Shown here: positions 32,785 through 44,295 of the stretch, piece by piece | How positions within the stretch are numbered: the stretch's first letter is position 1 | Layout: each line of letters begins with the position of its first letter | Assembly (NCBI GenBank): GCA_026709535.1 | Contig: JAPOST010000002.1 | Coordinates: forward strand, 7,783-71,782 | Direction of reading: 5' to 3' | Length of the DNA: 64,000 bases | Source of the DNA: Rhodospirillaceae bacterium | Lineage (GTDB): Bacteria; Pseudomonadota; Alphaproteobacteria; Bin65 | Program-made: the position numbers and the translations under genes | The notes under the pieces: model-generated | Databases searched by the model: none | What the model saw: the letters and a program-made list of their open reading frames with translations, nothing else | What the model was told of the DNA's origin: nothing

Positions 32785-34749
32785 CTAGCCCCAGAGACCG
32801 AAAACGAATAGAGATACAAAGACGAACGCGCCGATCAGGATCGCAAAGGCGTAGTGATAGACAAAACCGGTCTGCAGTAGCGCTGCCAGACGCGCCCCAC
32901 TCTGGGTTGCCACCGCCGCGCCGTCAGGTCCGAAACGGTCGATCGTCCCGCCATCCCCCTTCTTCCACAACCCTCGGCCGATAAGAAAGGCCGGTTTTAC
33001 AACGAGCTTGGCGTAAATCTCGTCGAACAGCCATTTGTTCAGCAGGAAATAGTACAACCTTCGGAAACGCTTCGCGAGCACCTTTGGCAGGCCTGGCTTG
33101 GTCATGTACATGAAATAGGCCAGCCCAATTCCAGCCAGGCCGACAATCACAGGGAGAATCTTCACCCACGAGGGCACATGGTGGGCCGCATCCAGAATCG
33201 CTCCCTTTTCCTTCATGAAAATCGAATCGCCCCAGAATGTCAGCCAGTCGTGACCAGTAAACCAGCCGACGGCAGCGGCGCCGGCAAAGATCGCGCCAAC
33301 CGCCAGAAGAAACAGCGGCGCCAGCATGACCATTGGCGCCTCATGGACATGATCCTGCACTTCGGCCGACGCTCGACTCTCACCATGGAAGGTCATGATG
33401 ATCAGACGCCAGGAATAGAACGCCGTCATGATCGCCGCGACAATCCCCATACAGAACCCGAACAGGCCAAGCCCCGAATGCGCACCAAAGGCAGCTTCAA
33501 GGATCAGATCCTTTGAATAGAAGCCGGAAAAGCCAAAGACGAAGGGAATACCGACGCCCGCCAGAGCAAGAGAACCGATCCACATCATGATGTAGGTCGT
33601 CTTCATCTTGCGCCAGATTCCGCCCATCCGGCGCATGTCCTGTTCATCGGACATGCCATGGATGACGGACCCGGAGCCGAGAAATAACAACGCCTTGAAA
33701 AACGCGTGGGTCATCAGATGGAACAACGCAACCGGATAAGCCCCGACGCCAGCTGCGACGAACATGTAACCGAGTTGCGAGCAGGTCGAATAGGCTATGA
33801 CCCGCTTGATATCATTCTGAACCAGCCCGACTGTAGCTGCGAAGAACGCCGTGACGGCGCCTACAACCGTCACGACGGCCAGCGCCATCGGTGCGAACTC
33901 AAACATCGGCGACAAGCGGCAGATCATGAAAACACCGGCTGTGACCATGGTTGCGGCATGGATCAGCGCGGATACGGGCGTCGGACCCTCCATGGCGTCC
34001 GGAAGCCAGGTGTGCAGCAAGATTTGCGCTGACTTTCCCATGGCCCCGATGAACAACAAAATACAGATCCAGTTCAGCGCTGTCTGGCCTTCGATTTCGA
34101 AACCGCCGACGGTTGCGATGTCCTTGCCGGGCAGATTCTGTGCCGCCGGCAGAACCGTCGAGAAATCCAGCGATCCGAACACCGCAAACACGGCAAATAT
34201 ACCCAGCGCAAAACCGAAATCGCCGACTCGATTGACTACGAAAGCCTTGATGGCGGCGGCGTTGGCACTGTCGCGCTTGAACCAGAAGCCGATCAGCAGA
34301 TACGAACAGAGCCCGACACCCTCCCAGCCAAAGAACATTTGTATGAAATTCTCGGCCGTCACCAGCATCAACATGGCGAAGGTAAAGAGACTCAGATAAG
34401 CGAAGAAGCGCGGTTTATGGGGGTCGTGGCTCATGTAGCCAATCGAGTAGACATGCACGACCGCCGACACGATGCTCACCACGACGACCATAATGGCTGA
34501 CAAGGTGTCGAAGCGAAGTGCCCAGTCGACCTCCAAGTCGCCAACCGCCATCCAGGTGAACAGCACGATCGGCTCCTGCGGCCCCGTCTTGGCAAAACCG
34601 ACCGAATAAAAGATGATCGAGGCGAGGATCGCTGAGACGGTCAGCAGGCCAGACGTGATGTACATCGACGCCTTGTCGCCGATCATGCGGCCGAACAGGC
34701 CTGCGATGATGGCGCCGATCAGCGGCAGGAAGATTGCGGCAACATACAT
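32785..34749 (-). CDS. nuoL: NADH-quinone oxidoreductase subunit L
   Basis: 654 aa with WLPDAMEGPTPVSALIHAATMV and a C-terminal lateral-helix region. Confidence 0.95.
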   Translation of the reverse strand: MYVAAIFLPLIGAIIAGLFGRMIGDKASMYITSGLLTVSAILASIIFYSVGFAKTGPQEPIVLFTWMAVGDLEVDWALRFDTLSAIMVVVVSIVSAVVHVYSIGYMSHDPHKPRFFAYLSLFTFAMLMLVTAENFIQMFFGWEGVGLCSYLLIGFWFKRDSANAAAIKAFVVNRVGDFGFALGIFAVFAVFGSLDFSTVLPAAQNLPGKDIATVGGFEIEGQTALNWICILLFIGAMGKSAQILLHTWLPDAMEGPTPVSALIHAATMVTAGVFMICRLSPMFEFAPMALAVVTVVGAVTAFFAATVGLVQNDIKRVIAYSTCSQLGYMFVAAGVGAYPVALFHLMTHAFFKALLFLGSGSVIHGMSDEQDMRRMGGIWRKMKTTYIMMWIGSLALAGVGIPFVFGFSGFYSKDLILEAAFGAHSGLGLFGFCMGIVAAIMTAFYSWRLIIMTFHGESRASAEVQDHVHEAPMVMLAPLFLLAVGAIFAGAAAVGWFTGHDWLTFWGDSIFMKEKGAILDAAHHVPSWVKILPVIVGLAGIGLAYFMYMTKPGLPKVLAKRFRRLYYFLLNKWLFDEIYAKLVVKPAFLIGRGLWKKGDGGTIDRFGPDGAAVATQSGARLAALLQTGFVYHYAFAILIGAFVFVSLFVFGLWG

Positions 34750-34756
34750 GCCCGGC

Positions 34757-35068
34757 TCAGCCCTTCATGACATTGACGTCTTCCACCGCAATCGACCCTC
34801 GGTTCCGGAAGTAGATGACCAGAATGGCAAGGCCGATCGCGGCCTCGGCTGCCGCAACGGTCAGGACGAACATCGCAAAGATCTGACCGACCAGATCTTC
34901 CAGTGCCCAGGAAAAGGCAATCAGGTTGATATTGACGGCTAGCAGGATCAGTTCGATCGACATCAGGATGATGATGACATTCTTCCGGTTCAGGAATATG
35001 CCGAAAATCCCGATGGTGAACAGGATCGCCGCTACCGTCAGATAGTGCGCGAGACCGATCTCCGACAT
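34757..35068 (-). CDS. nuoK: NADH-quinone oxidoreductase subunit K
   Basis: 103 aa with three TM segments and the [11 protein letters not shown] motif. Confidence 0.95.
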   Translation of the reverse strand: MSEIGLAHYLTVAAILFTIGIFGIFLNRKNVIIILMSIELILLAVNINLIAFSWALEDLVGQIFAMFVLTVAAAEAAIGLAILVIYFRNRGSIAVEDVNVMKG

Positions 35069-35072
35069 CGCG

Positions 35073-35690
35073 TCAGACGCCCTCTCCCGGCTGGACTTTC
35101 TTGATCTCGACCGAGTCCGCCCGGCGGCGGTAGACCTGCTCGCTGACCCTCTGCTTTCGTACTCCGGTGCGCTGTCGCAGCGTCAGGACAATGGCGCCTA
35201 TCATCGCAACAAACAGTACCAGACCGGCCAACTGAAAGAGGTAAACATATTTCGTATACAGCAGTTGCCCTAGCATCTCTGTGTTTGTGAGTTTGGACTC
35301 TTCAGGCATTTTCTCGCTCAGAGCGCCCTTGACTTCAGCAACAAGCGCCCAAAGTCCGCCGACGAAAATGATTTCAGCGAGCAAGATCGCCGAAATCAGT
35401 CCGCCGATTGGCAGGTAACGCTGAAACCCCTCACGCAACTCGACGAAGTTGATGTCGAGCATCATGACGATGAACAGAAACAGCACGGCGACCGCCCCGA
35501 CGTAGACGATCACCAGGATCATTGCCAGAAACTCCGCCCCAGTCAGCACGAAAAGGCCTGAGGCGTTAAAGAATGTCAGTACCAAGAACAGCACGGAATG
35601 TACTGGGTTCCGAGCCGTTACCACCATGACGGCCGAGGCGATGGCAACGACGGCAAATAGATAAAAGGCGATGGTTTGCAGGATCATCAA
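35073..35690 (-). CDS. nuoJ: NADH-quinone oxidoreductase subunit J
   Basis: 205-aa hydrophobic protein in the conserved position between nuoI and nuoK. Confidence 0.92.
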   Translation of the reverse strand: MMILQTIAFYLFAVVAIASAVMVVTARNPVHSVLFLVLTFFNASGLFVLTGAEFLAMILVIVYVGAVAVLFLFIVMMLDINFVELREGFQRYLPIGGLISAILLAEIIFVGGLWALVAEVKGALSEKMPEESKLTNTEMLGQLLYTKYVYLFQLAGLVLFVAMIGAIVLTLRQRTGVRKQRVSEQVYRRRADSVEIKKVQPGEGV

Positions 35691-35693
35691 CGC

Positions 35694-36176
35694 TTATCGA
35701 TAAGGCGCGTCAGCAGCAAGCGCCTGCGCTATTTCAGTTTCCCAACGGTCGCCGTTAGCCAGCAGCTTCTCCTTGTTGTACATCAACTCTTCACGGGTTT
35801 CGGTGGCGAACTCGAAGTTCGGCCCCTCCACAATGGCGTCGACAGGACAGGCTTCCTGACAAAAACCGCAGTAGATGCACTTCGTCATGTCAATATCGTA
35901 GCGCGTTGTCCGACGACTGCCGTCGTCGCGCGGCTCCGCCTCAATAGTAATTGCCTGTGCCGGGCAAATCGCTTCACACAGCTTGCATGCGATGCAGCGT
36001 TCTTCGCCATTCGAATAACGCCGCAAGGCGTGCTCCCCTCGAAAACGAGGGCTCAACGGCCCTTTCTCGTAAGGATAATTGATCGTAACCTTGAGCCTGA
36101 ACAAATAGGTCAGCGTCTTCCAGTGCCCAACGACCATCTCCCACAACAGGAAGGAACGAACGGCCTTCAGCATCAT
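35694..36176 (-). CDS. nuoI: NADH-quinone oxidoreductase subunit I (2x[4Fe-4S])
   Basis: [12 protein letters not shown] and [12 protein letters not shown] motifs. I chose ATG 36176, which forms ATGA with the nuoH stop. Confidence 0.95.
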   Translation of the reverse strand: MMLKAVRSFLLWEMVVGHWKTLTYLFRLKVTINYPYEKGPLSPRFRGEHALRRYSNGEERCIACKLCEAICPAQAITIEAEPRDDGSRRTTRYDIDMTKCIYCGFCQEACPVDAIVEGPNFEFATETREELMYNKEKLLANGDRWETEIAQALAADAPYR

Positions 36177-37216
36177 CTTGCCTCTCTCCATCCCGGCAAC
36201 CACCCAGCATACAGCATAATGCCAGCGTAGACGACGACGGCAGCCAAGGATATTGGCAGGAAGACTTTCCAGCCTAACCGCATCAACTGGTCATAACGGT
36301 ACCGTGGCAGCGTGGCGCGCACCCAGACGAAAACAAACAGTAGCATCGCGACCTTCAGAGCCAGCCAGATCGGTCCTGGAATCCAGTTCAGCCACGCGAC
36401 ATCCAAGGGCGGCAACCACCCCCCCATGAACAGCACCACCGTAATGCCGCTCATCATGATCATGTTGATGTATTCACCCAAGAAGAATAGAGCGAAGGGA
36501 AAGGCTGAATATTCAACGAAATAACCAGCGACCAGTTCGGCTTCCGCTTCCGGCAGGTCAAAGGGATGCCGGTTCGTCTCGGCCAAGGCCGAGATGAAGA
36601 AGATGATGAACATCGGCGCCAGCGGGATCCAGTGCCAGTTCCAGAAGCCACCCTTCTGAGCCAGCACAATTTCCGACAGATTGAGAGAGCCGGCGGCCAA
36701 CAACACAGTGATAATGACAAAGCCGATCGATACCTCGTACGACACCATCTGCGCTGCGGACCTCAGGGAACCCAGGAATGCGTAGCGCGAGTTGCTCGCC
36801 CATCCCGCCATGATTATGCCATACACGCCAAGAGATGAAATCGCGAAGATATATAAAACTCCCACATTGATGTTGGAGAGAACCCAAATGCCACTTTCGC
36901 TCTGGCCCAGCGGGATCACTGCCCAAGCGACAAGGGCTAGTGTGAATGTCAAGATTGGCGCAAAGAGGAATACGGCGCGGTTAGCACCGGACGGGATCAC
37001 TGTTTCCTTCATTAACAACTTCAGGCCGTCGGCAAAGGGTTGCAGCAGACCGAAGGGCCCAACCACATTCGGCCCCTTGCGCAACATCATCGCGGCGAGA
37101 ACCTTGCGTTCAAACCATGTCATCAAGGCCATGCCGATCATAAGCGGCACCGTGATGACAAGAATCCAGCCGATCAGAATCGCCGCCGGCAGCACGTAAC
37201 CTTCCCAGAACCCCAT
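36173..37216 (-). CDS. nuoH: NADH-quinone oxidoreductase subunit H
   Basis: 347 aa with [34 protein letters not shown]. Confidence 0.95.
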   Translation of the reverse strand: MGFWEGYVLPAAILIGWILVITVPLMIGMALMTWFERKVLAAMMLRKGPNVVGPFGLLQPFADGLKLLMKETVIPSGANRAVFLFAPILTFTLALVAWAVIPLGQSESGIWVLSNINVGVLYIFAISSLGVYGIIMAGWASNSRYAFLGSLRSAAQMVSYEVSIGFVIITVLLAAGSLNLSEIVLAQKGGFWNWHWIPLAPMFIIFFISALAETNRHPFDLPEAEAELVAGYFVEYSAFPFALFFLGEYINMIMMSGITVVLFMGGWLPPLDVAWLNWIPGPIWLALKVAMLLFVFVWVRATLPRYRYDQLMRLGWKVFLPISLAAVVVYAGIMLYAGWLPGWREAR

Positions 37217-37222
37217 TGGCGG

Positions 37223-39295
37223 CTATCCGCTCATGCCCGTCCGTGTGCCGTCAGTAAGCGCCTGCCGCATTTTCGTGCACTGGAGCATCGTCTCGGAGCA
37301 TCGGCTGATAGGATCGGTCATGTAGAAGTTTGTAATCGAGCTGCTGAATGGCGCATCATGCATGGTGCCATCGTCACCGAAGATTTGCCATGGCGCAGGC
37401 CTGATTTCGTCCAGATGTCCGAAAACCGGATTGGCTTCAATCAGGCGCTCTCGAAGATGCGTCAGTGAATCGTAGGGCAATTTATGTCCCGCGATCTCGG
37501 AAAAGGCCCGAATGATTGTCCAATCCTCGCGCGCATCACCCGGCGGGAAAGTGCACAGCGTCGTCTGTTGCGGACGGCCTTCGATATTCACGTAGGTACC
37601 GCTTTTTTCGGTGTAGGCCGCCCCCGGTAAAATCACATCGGCGCGGTTGGCCCCGGCATCGCCGTGATGGCCCTGGTACACCACAAATGCCTCACCCAGC
37701 CGATCCATATCGATTTCGTCGGCGCCAAGGAGCCATATCAGACCAAGATCACCGTTCTGGGCACCGCCAAGGATATCGACAGTCTCTCTTCCGCCTGGTC
37801 CGGGAACAAACCCCAAGTCGAGGCCGCCAACACGCGACGCGGCGGTATGCAAAACGTTGAATCCGTTCCAATCATCGGACACGACCCCAAAGGTTTCTGC
37901 GGCTGATCGAGCAAGTCCGAGAATGGATCTACCATCCTCTCGGGCTAGCAAACCAGGGCCAACGATGATCATCGGCCGCACGGCGTCCTTCAGAACATTT
38001 GCAAATCTGTGACGGCCACTAACCAAGTCTCGCAACGTATCACCACAGGCGCCGAGAAGATCATAACGATAGGTCAGATCGGCCGCCTCACCAATAACCC
38101 CGATACGGAAGCCTCCGATCCGCCAGCGTCGACGAATTCGAGCATTCACCACCGTCGCTTCGGTCCGAGGGTTTGCACCGACAATCAACAGAGCGTCGGC
38201 AGCATCAATACCGGCAATCGTGCTGTTGAACAGGTAGCTAGCGCGTACAGCCGGATCGACTCCGGCGCTATCTTGACGGCAATCGGTATGCGGCGATCCG
38301 TAGGCACGCATGAGATCCTTGAGCGCCATCATCGCCTCGGCGTCAGCCTGATCGCCAGCGATCGCGGCAGCACTGGACCCACCGGTTTCTCTGAACTTGT
38401 TCGCGATCGCCTGGAAAGCTTCATCCCACGATGCGGGTTCCAGTTTACCATCCCGCCGGACATAGGGACGGTCCAACCGCTGGCGCCGTAACCCGTCACA
38501 GGCGAATCGGGTCTTGTCCGAGATCCATTCTTCATTGATGTCGTCGTTCAATCTTGGCAGCACGCGCATCACTTCGGCGCCGCGACTATCAACCCGGATG
38601 TTTGAACCTACGGCATCGAGCACGTCGATGGATTCGGTTCTTTGCAATTCCCAAGACCGCGCCGTGAAAGCGTAAGGCTTCGACGTCAGCGCGCCGACCG
38701 GACAAAGGTCGATCACATTGCCAGACATCTCCGAGGTCAGGGACTTTTCAAGATAGGTCGTGATCTCCATGTCTTCACCACGATGCAACGCACCGATTTC
38801 CTCGACGCCAGCCACTTCTTCGGCGAAGCGGACGCAACGAGTACAATGGATGCAGCGGGTCATGATGGTCTTGACCAGCGGACCCATTTCCTTGTCCGGA
38901 ACTGCACGCTTGTTTTCTTCGAAGCGGGTTCGATCGTGGCCATAGGCCATCGCCTGATCTTGCAAGTCGCATTCGCCGCCCTGATCGCAGATCGGACAGT
39001 CCAGCGGATGGTTGATCAACAGGAATTCCATCACGCCCTTGCGCGCCTTCCTCGTCTTTTCCGAGTCGGTGAAGACGACCATGCCCGGCATGATCGGTTG
39101 AGCACAGGACGCCACCGGTTTCGGAGCCTTTTCCACTTCTACCAGGCACATGCGGCAATTGCCGGCGATCGACAGGCGATCATGGAAACAGAAATGCGGG
39201 ATTTCCTTGCCGATGTATTGCAAGGCTTGGAACAGCGTCAATCGGCCATCGACCTGGTACTCTTCGCCATCAACGGTAATCTTGGCCTCGCTCAT
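37223..39295 (-). CDS. nuoG: NADH-quinone oxidoreductase subunit G
   Basis: MSEAKITVDGEEY... followed by the 2Fe-2S/4Fe-4S cysteine motifs (CRMCLVEV, HPLDCPICDQGGECDLQ). The ATG at 39295 lies just after the nuoF stop; the track's 57-aa extension was dropped. Confidence 0.95.
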   Translation of the reverse strand: MSEAKITVDGEEYQVDGRLTLFQALQYIGKEIPHFCFHDRLSIAGNCRMCLVEVEKAPKPVASCAQPIMPGMVVFTDSEKTRKARKGVMEFLLINHPLDCPICDQGGECDLQDQAMAYGHDRTRFEENKRAVPDKEMGPLVKTIMTRCIHCTRCVRFAEEVAGVEEIGALHRGEDMEITTYLEKSLTSEMSGNVIDLCPVGALTSKPYAFTARSWELQRTESIDVLDAVGSNIRVDSRGAEVMRVLPRLNDDINEEWISDKTRFACDGLRRQRLDRPYVRRDGKLEPASWDEAFQAIANKFRETGGSSAAAIAGDQADAEAMMALKDLMRAYGSPHTDCRQDSAGVDPAVRASYLFNSTIAGIDAADALLIVGANPRTEATVVNARIRRRWRIGGFRIGVIGEAADLTYRYDLLGACGDTLRDLVSGRHRFANVLKDAVRPMIIVGPGLLAREDGRSILGLARSAAETFGVVSDDWNGFNVLHTAASRVGGLDLGFVPGPGGRETVDILGGAQNGDLGLIWLLGADEIDMDRLGEAFVVYQGHHGDAGANRADVILPGAAYTEKSGTYVNIEGRPQQTTLCTFPPGDAREDWTIIRAFSEIAGHKLPYDSLTHLRERLIEANPVFGHLDEIRPAPWQIFGDDGTMHDAPFSSSITNFYMTDPISRCSETMLQCTKMRQALTDGTRTGMSG

Positions 39296-39299
39296 ACCG

Positions 39300-40583
39300 T
39301 TAGGCCACTTTCTTCTGTTCGAGAATACGGCGCTCCAGTTCCGGCCGGAAATGCCGTAGCAGACCCTGGATCGGCCACGCGGCTGCATCGCCCAGAGCGC
39401 AGATCGTATGGCCTTCCACCTGGCAGGAAACTTCTTCCAGCATGTCGATCTCGTCGATTTCGGCATCCCCCCGTACCAGCCGGGTCATGACGCGCCACAT
39501 CCATCCGGTGCCTTCTCGACAAGGAGTGCACTGACCGCAGCTTTCGTGCATATAGAATTTTGACAACCGGCAAATCGCGTTCACGATGTCCGTCGACTTG
39601 TCCATCACGATGACGGCAGCAGTACCGAGACCGGATTTATGGCTGGACAGGGTATCGAAATCCATCGGCAGGTCATCACAGACGTCCGATGGCAGGCACG
39701 GCACCGAAGAGCCACCGGGGATGACGGCAAGTAGATTGTCCCAACCACCCCGAACGCCGCCAGCATGCTTCTCGATCAGTTCGCGGAATGGAATACCCAT
39801 CTCTTCTTCGACATTGCACGGCTTGTTGACGTGTCCAGAGATGCAGAACAGCTTTGTGCCGGTGTTTCGTTCATCCCGACCGATGCCAGCAAACCAGGAC
39901 GGACCACGACGCAGTATGGTCGGCGTGACTGCGATGGACTCAACGTTGTTGACGGTGGTAGGGCAACCGTAGAGGCCGGCGTTGGCCGGGAACGGCGGTT
40001 TGAGGCGTGGTTGACCCTTCTTGCCTTCCAGGCTTTCCAGCAATGCGGTTTCCTCGCCGCAAATGTATGCTCCCGCGCCACGGTGAACGTGGATGTCGAA
40101 ATCCCAGCCCGTGTCGCTGGCGTTCCTGCCTATCAGGTCGGCAGCATAAGCCTGGTCGATTGCCGCGTTCAGGCGCTCAGCCTCGCGGTAGAATTCTCCC
40201 CGGACATAGATGTAGGCAGTATTGGCCCCCATCGCAAAACCCGCAATCAGGCAGCCTTCGATCAGCTTGTGCGGATCGTGGCGCATGATGTCCCGGTCCT
40301 TGCAGGTACCCGGCTCGGACTCGTCGGCATTCACGACCAGATAATGCGGACGGCCATCCCGTTTGTCGTCTGGCGGCATGAATGACCATTTCAAGCCTGT
40401 CGGAAATCCTGCGCCACCACGGCCGCGAAGACCGGAAGCTTTGATCTGGTCACAGATCCATGCACGGCCTTGTCGGATGAACCAGGCGGTCTGGTCCCAG
40501 TCACCGCGACGGCGAGCACCTTCCAGACCCCAGTCATCGAAACCGTAAAGATTGGTGAATATCCGGTCGCCGTCGTCCAGCAT
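39300..40583 (-). CDS. nuoF: NADH-quinone oxidoreductase subunit F
   Basis: 427 aa. FMN/NADH site [19 protein letters not shown] and N3 cluster [12 protein letters not shown]. Confidence 0.97.
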   Translation of the reverse strand: MLDDGDRIFTNLYGFDDWGLEGARRRGDWDQTAWFIRQGRAWICDQIKASGLRGRGGAGFPTGLKWSFMPPDDKRDGRPHYLVVNADESEPGTCKDRDIMRHDPHKLIEGCLIAGFAMGANTAYIYVRGEFYREAERLNAAIDQAYAADLIGRNASDTGWDFDIHVHRGAGAYICGEETALLESLEGKKGQPRLKPPFPANAGLYGCPTTVNNVESIAVTPTILRRGPSWFAGIGRDERNTGTKLFCISGHVNKPCNVEEEMGIPFRELIEKHAGGVRGGWDNLLAVIPGGSSVPCLPSDVCDDLPMDFDTLSSHKSGLGTAAVIVMDKSTDIVNAICRLSKFYMHESCGQCTPCREGTGWMWRVMTRLVRGDAEIDEIDMLEEVSCQVEGHTICALGDAAAWPIQGLLRHFRPELERRILEQKKVA

Positions 40584-41299
40584 CAGGCACCGCCTTCCTT
40601 TGCCAGACTTGTTGGCGCCGATTGAATTTCAGGCGTCGTATTGTCGCCAATGGCGTCAACACCATAGATCTTCGCCGGGTCAAAGCAAGTTGGCGTTGGG
40701 ACGGCACCAAGATTTTGCGCTCTACCTTCCGGTTCGGATGATCGACGGCCGATCATCGAGCCGACCGGCATGTCGCCGCCATTCCTGAGGGTCCTGAGAA
40801 AACCCACAAAATTCTCATAGCTCAGGTCTTCGACAAAGTCGTCGTTAACCTGCGCCATCGGCGCGTTTACGCAAGCGCCGAGACATTCCACCTCGGTACA
40901 GGTGAACTGGCCATCGTCTGAGGTCTCGCCGTGACCAATACCGATCTCGTCACGAATTGCTCGGAATATTTCGTCAGCGCCTCGCAGCATACACGGGGTC
41001 GTACCACAGACCTGCAGATGATATTTCCCAACTGGCGCGAGATTGATCATCGTGTAAAAGGTTGCAATCTCCATGACGCGTATCTTGGCCATCCCCAGCC
41101 GGCAGGCGATATGCTCCATGGCTGCTTGGGGCACCCAACCGCCATGCTGACGCTGAGCAAGATCAAGGAGCGGGAGGACGGCACTGACCTGTCGACCGTT
41201 TGGGTATTTGGCAATCACCTTTTCGACGGCAGGCTCATACGCGCTGCTGAACATGAAGCTTGCTGGCTGATCAACTGCAATAGCTGGAGGTCGGCTCAC
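40583..41299 (-). CDS. nuoE: NADH-quinone oxidoreductase subunit E (with ~70-aa C-terminal extension)
   Basis: 2Fe-2S motifs [11 protein letters not shown] and [11 protein letters not shown]. It has a low-complexity C-terminal tail. Confidence 0.93.
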   Translation of the reverse strand: MSRPPAIAVDQPASFMFSSAYEPAVEKVIAKYPNGRQVSAVLPLLDLAQRQHGGWVPQAAMEHIACRLGMAKIRVMEIATFYTMINLAPVGKYHLQVCGTTPCMLRGADEIFRAIRDEIGIGHGETSDDGQFTCTEVECLGACVNAPMAQVNDDFVEDLSYENFVGFLRTLRNGGDMPVGSMIGRRSSEPEGRAQNLGAVPTPTCFDPAKIYGVDAIGDNTTPEIQSAPTSLAKEGGA

Positions 41300-42525
41300 C
41301 GGTCCACCTCACCGAACACGATATCCATGGACCCGACAATGGCGCAGACATCGGCCAACATGTGGCCCTTCGTCATGAAATCAGTAGCTTGCAGATGCGA
41401 GAAGCCGGGGGCCTTGATCTTGCACCGATAGGGCTTGTTACTTCCATCGGCGACCAGATAGACGCCAAACTCGCCCTTCGGCGCTTCGACCGCCGTATAG
41501 GTTTCCCCAGCCGGAACATGATAACCCTCGGTGTACAGCTTGAAATGATGAATCAGCGCTTCCATGGAGCGCTTCATCTCCACACGCTTCGGCGGCGTCA
41601 CCTTGTTATCATCAACCGAGACGGGGCCATTGAGTTTCTCAAGCTTGTCGCACGCTTGGTCGATGATCCGCAGGCTTTGGTGCAATTCCTCCAAGCGAAC
41701 AAGATACCGGTCGTAGCAGTCGCCGTTCTTGCCGATTGGAATATCGAAATTATAGTCCTCATATCCGTCATAAGGTCGAGCCTTGCGGAGGTCCCATGCG
41801 AGCCCGGAAGCTCGGAGCATCGGGCCTGAAAAACCCCAGTCCAACGCATCCTTGGCAGCGACCACGCCGATATTGACTGATCGTTGTTTGAAGATTCTAT
41901 TTTCGGTCAGCAACGTCTCGATATCGTCGACTGTCTTCGTGAAGCCGCTTCGCCATTCCCGAATATCGTCGAGCAGACCGACAGGCAGATCCTGATGTAC
42001 GCCGCCCGGGCGGAAATACGCGGCGTGCAGACGCGCACCGCAGACTCGTTCGTAGAATGCCATCAGCTTTTCGCGCTCCTCGAACGCCCACAGGAACGGC
42101 GTCAGCGCGCCGACATCCATGGCATAGGCCGGGATGTTCAGCAGATGATTCAGGATTCGACCGATCTCCGAATAAAGCACGCGGATGGCCTGCCCGCGCG
42201 GTGGGGCCTTGATGCCGAGAAGCCTCTCCGTTGCCAAGGCGAATGCATGCTCCTGGTTCATCGGCGCGACATAGTCCAGCCGGTCGAAATACGGAACTGC
42301 CTGCAAATAAGTCTTCTGCTCGATCAGTTTTTCCGTACCGCGGTGCAGCAGGCCAATATGCGGGTCTGCCCGCTCAACGATTTCGCCGTCCATCTCGAGG
42401 ACCAAGCGCAAGACGCCATGGGCCGCCGGGTGTTGGGGTCCGAAATTCAGGTGTAAATTCTTGATTTCAACATCGTTGGGCTGCGCGTCGCCGGGAGCGG
42501 CAATTGCTGTCGTTCCTTCCGGCAT
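41296..42525 (-). CDS. nuoD: NADH-quinone oxidoreductase subunit D
   Basis: [15 protein letters not shown] motif. I chose ATG 42525, just after the nuoC stop. Confidence 0.95.
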   Translation of the reverse strand: MPEGTTAIAAPGDAQPNDVEIKNLHLNFGPQHPAAHGVLRLVLEMDGEIVERADPHIGLLHRGTEKLIEQKTYLQAVPYFDRLDYVAPMNQEHAFALATERLLGIKAPPRGQAIRVLYSEIGRILNHLLNIPAYAMDVGALTPFLWAFEEREKLMAFYERVCGARLHAAYFRPGGVHQDLPVGLLDDIREWRSGFTKTVDDIETLLTENRIFKQRSVNIGVVAAKDALDWGFSGPMLRASGLAWDLRKARPYDGYEDYNFDIPIGKNGDCYDRYLVRLEELHQSLRIIDQACDKLEKLNGPVSVDDNKVTPPKRVEMKRSMEALIHHFKLYTEGYHVPAGETYTAVEAPKGEFGVYLVADGSNKPYRCKIKAPGFSHLQATDFMTKGHMLADVCAIVGSMDIVFGEVDR

Positions 42526-42529
42526 CGCT

Positions 42530-43165
42530 CTACGCCTTCGTACGGTCACGGGCGACGGCCTTTTCGTCTCCCGGTGCAGTCGGCGGTAGCCCGCGAGTCA
42601 TCCCTTCCCATGGTGACAGGAAATCAAATGTCCTGAACTCCTGCTGCAACGTCACCGGCTCATAGACAACCCGCTTCTGCTCTTCGTCGTAGCGCACCTC
42701 GACGTAGCCGGTCAGCGGGAAGTCCTTGCGTAGCGGATGGCCTTCAAAGCCATAATCCGTCAGCAGGCGGCGGAGATCGGGGTTACCGGAGAAGAAGATG
42801 CCGTACATGTCCCAAGCCTCGCGCTCGAACCACCCGGCCCCTCTGTATACCTGCACCACCGATGGTACCGGCGTATCTTCGTCTGTATGAACCTTCACTC
42901 GGCAACGCCAATTTTGAGTTACGCTCAATAGATGATATACTACATCGAAACGTTGCTCGCGCGCTGGCCAATCGACACCGCAGATATCAATCAAGCATGT
43001 GAACATGCAGTTTGGATCATCGCGCAGATGAGTCAGCACCCTCACGATCATTGGCCGACTGACCGTCAAGGAAATCTCCTCAGGGGCAATCTCGACGTCG
43101 ACAATGTCCTGGGACAGGACCAGAAGCAGGTGCTCCTTCAAGTCGTTGAGCGCTTCAAGGGACAT
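42530..43165 (-). CDS. nuoC: NADH-quinone oxidoreductase subunit C
   Basis: 211 aa with [37 protein letters not shown]. Confidence 0.95.
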   Translation of the reverse strand: MSLEALNDLKEHLLLVLSQDIVDVEIAPEEISLTVSRPMIVRVLTHLRDDPNCMFTCLIDICGVDWPAREQRFDVVYHLLSVTQNWRCRVKVHTDEDTPVPSVVQVYRGAGWFEREAWDMYGIFFSGNPDLRRLLTDYGFEGHPLRKDFPLTGYVEVRYDEEQKRVVYEPVTLQQEFRTFDFLSPWEGMTRGLPPTAPGDEKAVARDRTKA

Positions 43166-43180
43166 CGTGACTGCCGCCCG

Positions 43181-43732
43181 CTATCTCGCGATGCTTGCTG
43201 TACGGCGAATCTTCTTTTGCAGTTGCAGTACGCCGTACAGCAGGGCCTCGGCTGTCGGCGGACAGCCGGGTACATAGACATCTACCGGCACAATCCGATC
43301 GCAACCGCGGACCACGGAATATGAGTAGTGATAATAACCGCCGCCATTCGCGCATGAGCCCATGGAAATAACCCACCGCGGCAACGCCATCTGGTCATAT
43401 ACACGGCGCAGAGCGGGCGCCATCTTGTTGGTTAAGGTGCCCGCAACAATCATCACGTCAGATTGGCGTGGGCTCGGGAAAAATACTGTGCCGAAGCGGT
43501 CGAGGTCATACCGGCTGGCGCCAGTATGCATCATTTCAACCGCACAGCAGGCAAGACCGAAGGTCATCGGCCACAGCGATCCGGACTGAGCCCATCTGAC
43601 CAACGAATCGAGTTTGGAGATCACAAAGCCCTTGGACTGAAACTCTTTGTCGAGAAAAGCATCCAGTTTCGGCAGTGGCCCGCGGCGCTGTTCGATGGCC
43701 TCTACTCCCATTCCAGCGCCCCTTTCTTCCAT
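43181..43732 (-). CDS. nuoB: NADH-quinone oxidoreductase subunit B
   Basis: N2-cluster motifs [10 protein letters not shown] and GCPP. Start is 43732, or ATG 43711. It overlaps the nuoA 3' end. Confidence 0.95.
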   Translation of the reverse strand: MEERGAGMGVEAIEQRRGPLPKLDAFLDKEFQSKGFVISKLDSLVRWAQSGSLWPMTFGLACCAVEMMHTGASRYDLDRFGTVFFPSPRQSDVMIVAGTLTNKMAPALRRVYDQMALPRWVISMGSCANGGGYYHYSYSVVRGCDRIVPVDVYVPGCPPTAEALLYGVLQLQKKIRRTASIAR

Positions 43733-44067
43733 TCATAGACGAAACCGACGGTGAGAATGCCGAGGAACAGTACCATCGACCAGAAGCCGAAATGCTTGGT
43801 TTCAGATAATGTGATTGCCCAAGGAAACAGGAACGCTACTTCCAGATCGAAGATGATGAACAAGATTGCAACGAGGTAGAAGCGCACATCAAACTGCCCC
43901 CGGGAATCATCAAAAGCGTCGAACCCGCATTCGTAGGCGGCCAGTTTTTCCGAGTATGGATTCTGTTTCGCAACGATCCAGGATGCGAGCACCATGACCG
44001 ACGCAAGCCCAAGCGCAATCCCCAGAAAGACGACTATGGGCAGATATTCGACAAGAAATTCTGACAT
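43702..44067 (-). CDS. nuoA: NADH-quinone oxidoreductase subunit A
   Basis: 121 aa from ATG 44067 ([14 protein letters not shown]...), preceded by GAAGGAG. It has three TM segments and the YECGF motif. Confidence 0.93.
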   Translation of the reverse strand: MSEFLVEYLPIVVFLGIALGLASVMVLASWIVAKQNPYSEKLAAYECGFDAFDDSRGQFDVRFYLVAILFIIFDLEVAFLFPWAITLSETKHFGFWSMVLFLGILTVGFVYEWKKGALEWE

Positions 44068-44117
44068 TGCTCCTTCGGGCTCTCCCACTGCCCGGATGAT
44101 CCCTACCGGACAGATGC

Positions 44118-44146
44118 GTTATAGGACCGGCGCGAGCCGCTTGCAA
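44118..44146 (-). promoter_or_regulatory. candidate sigma70-type promoter of the nuo operon
   Basis: On the minus strand it reads TTGCAA-N17-TATAAC, about 50 nt upstream of the nuoA ATG. This is sequence pattern only. Confidence 0.3.
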
Positions 44147-44295
44147 ACCCCACCATCATCCCGTTTGGCCGCAGCGCGGGGTGCGGCGACTGCACAGTGG
44201 TTGGAGATGATTGGAAGGCATGACGTCCCGGGCGGCGATCGTCATCGCGATCGACTCACGACGCCGGTCTCGTTGGCGACCACGCAACCGTCAAC

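Noticed and set aside
39296-39466. The ORF track gives N-terminal extensions for nuoG. The same applies to proS (25194-25280), rnj (28134-28235), coaX (28933-29106), birA (29688-29891), nuoD (42526-42549) and nuoI (36177-36203).
   Set aside because: The extensions overlap the 3' end of the upstream gene and read as non-homologous sequence. Canonical family N-termini begin at internal ATGs that sit right at the upstream stop codons.
38642-39490. A 282-aa plus-strand ORF lies antisense to nuoG. There are similar long antisense ORFs in mfd, dnaE, pdhC, metG and nuoD.
   Set aside because: The sense frames carry diagnostic Fe-S or helicase motifs. The antisense translations are low-complexity and Arg-rich, and every one lies wholly inside a well-supported gene.
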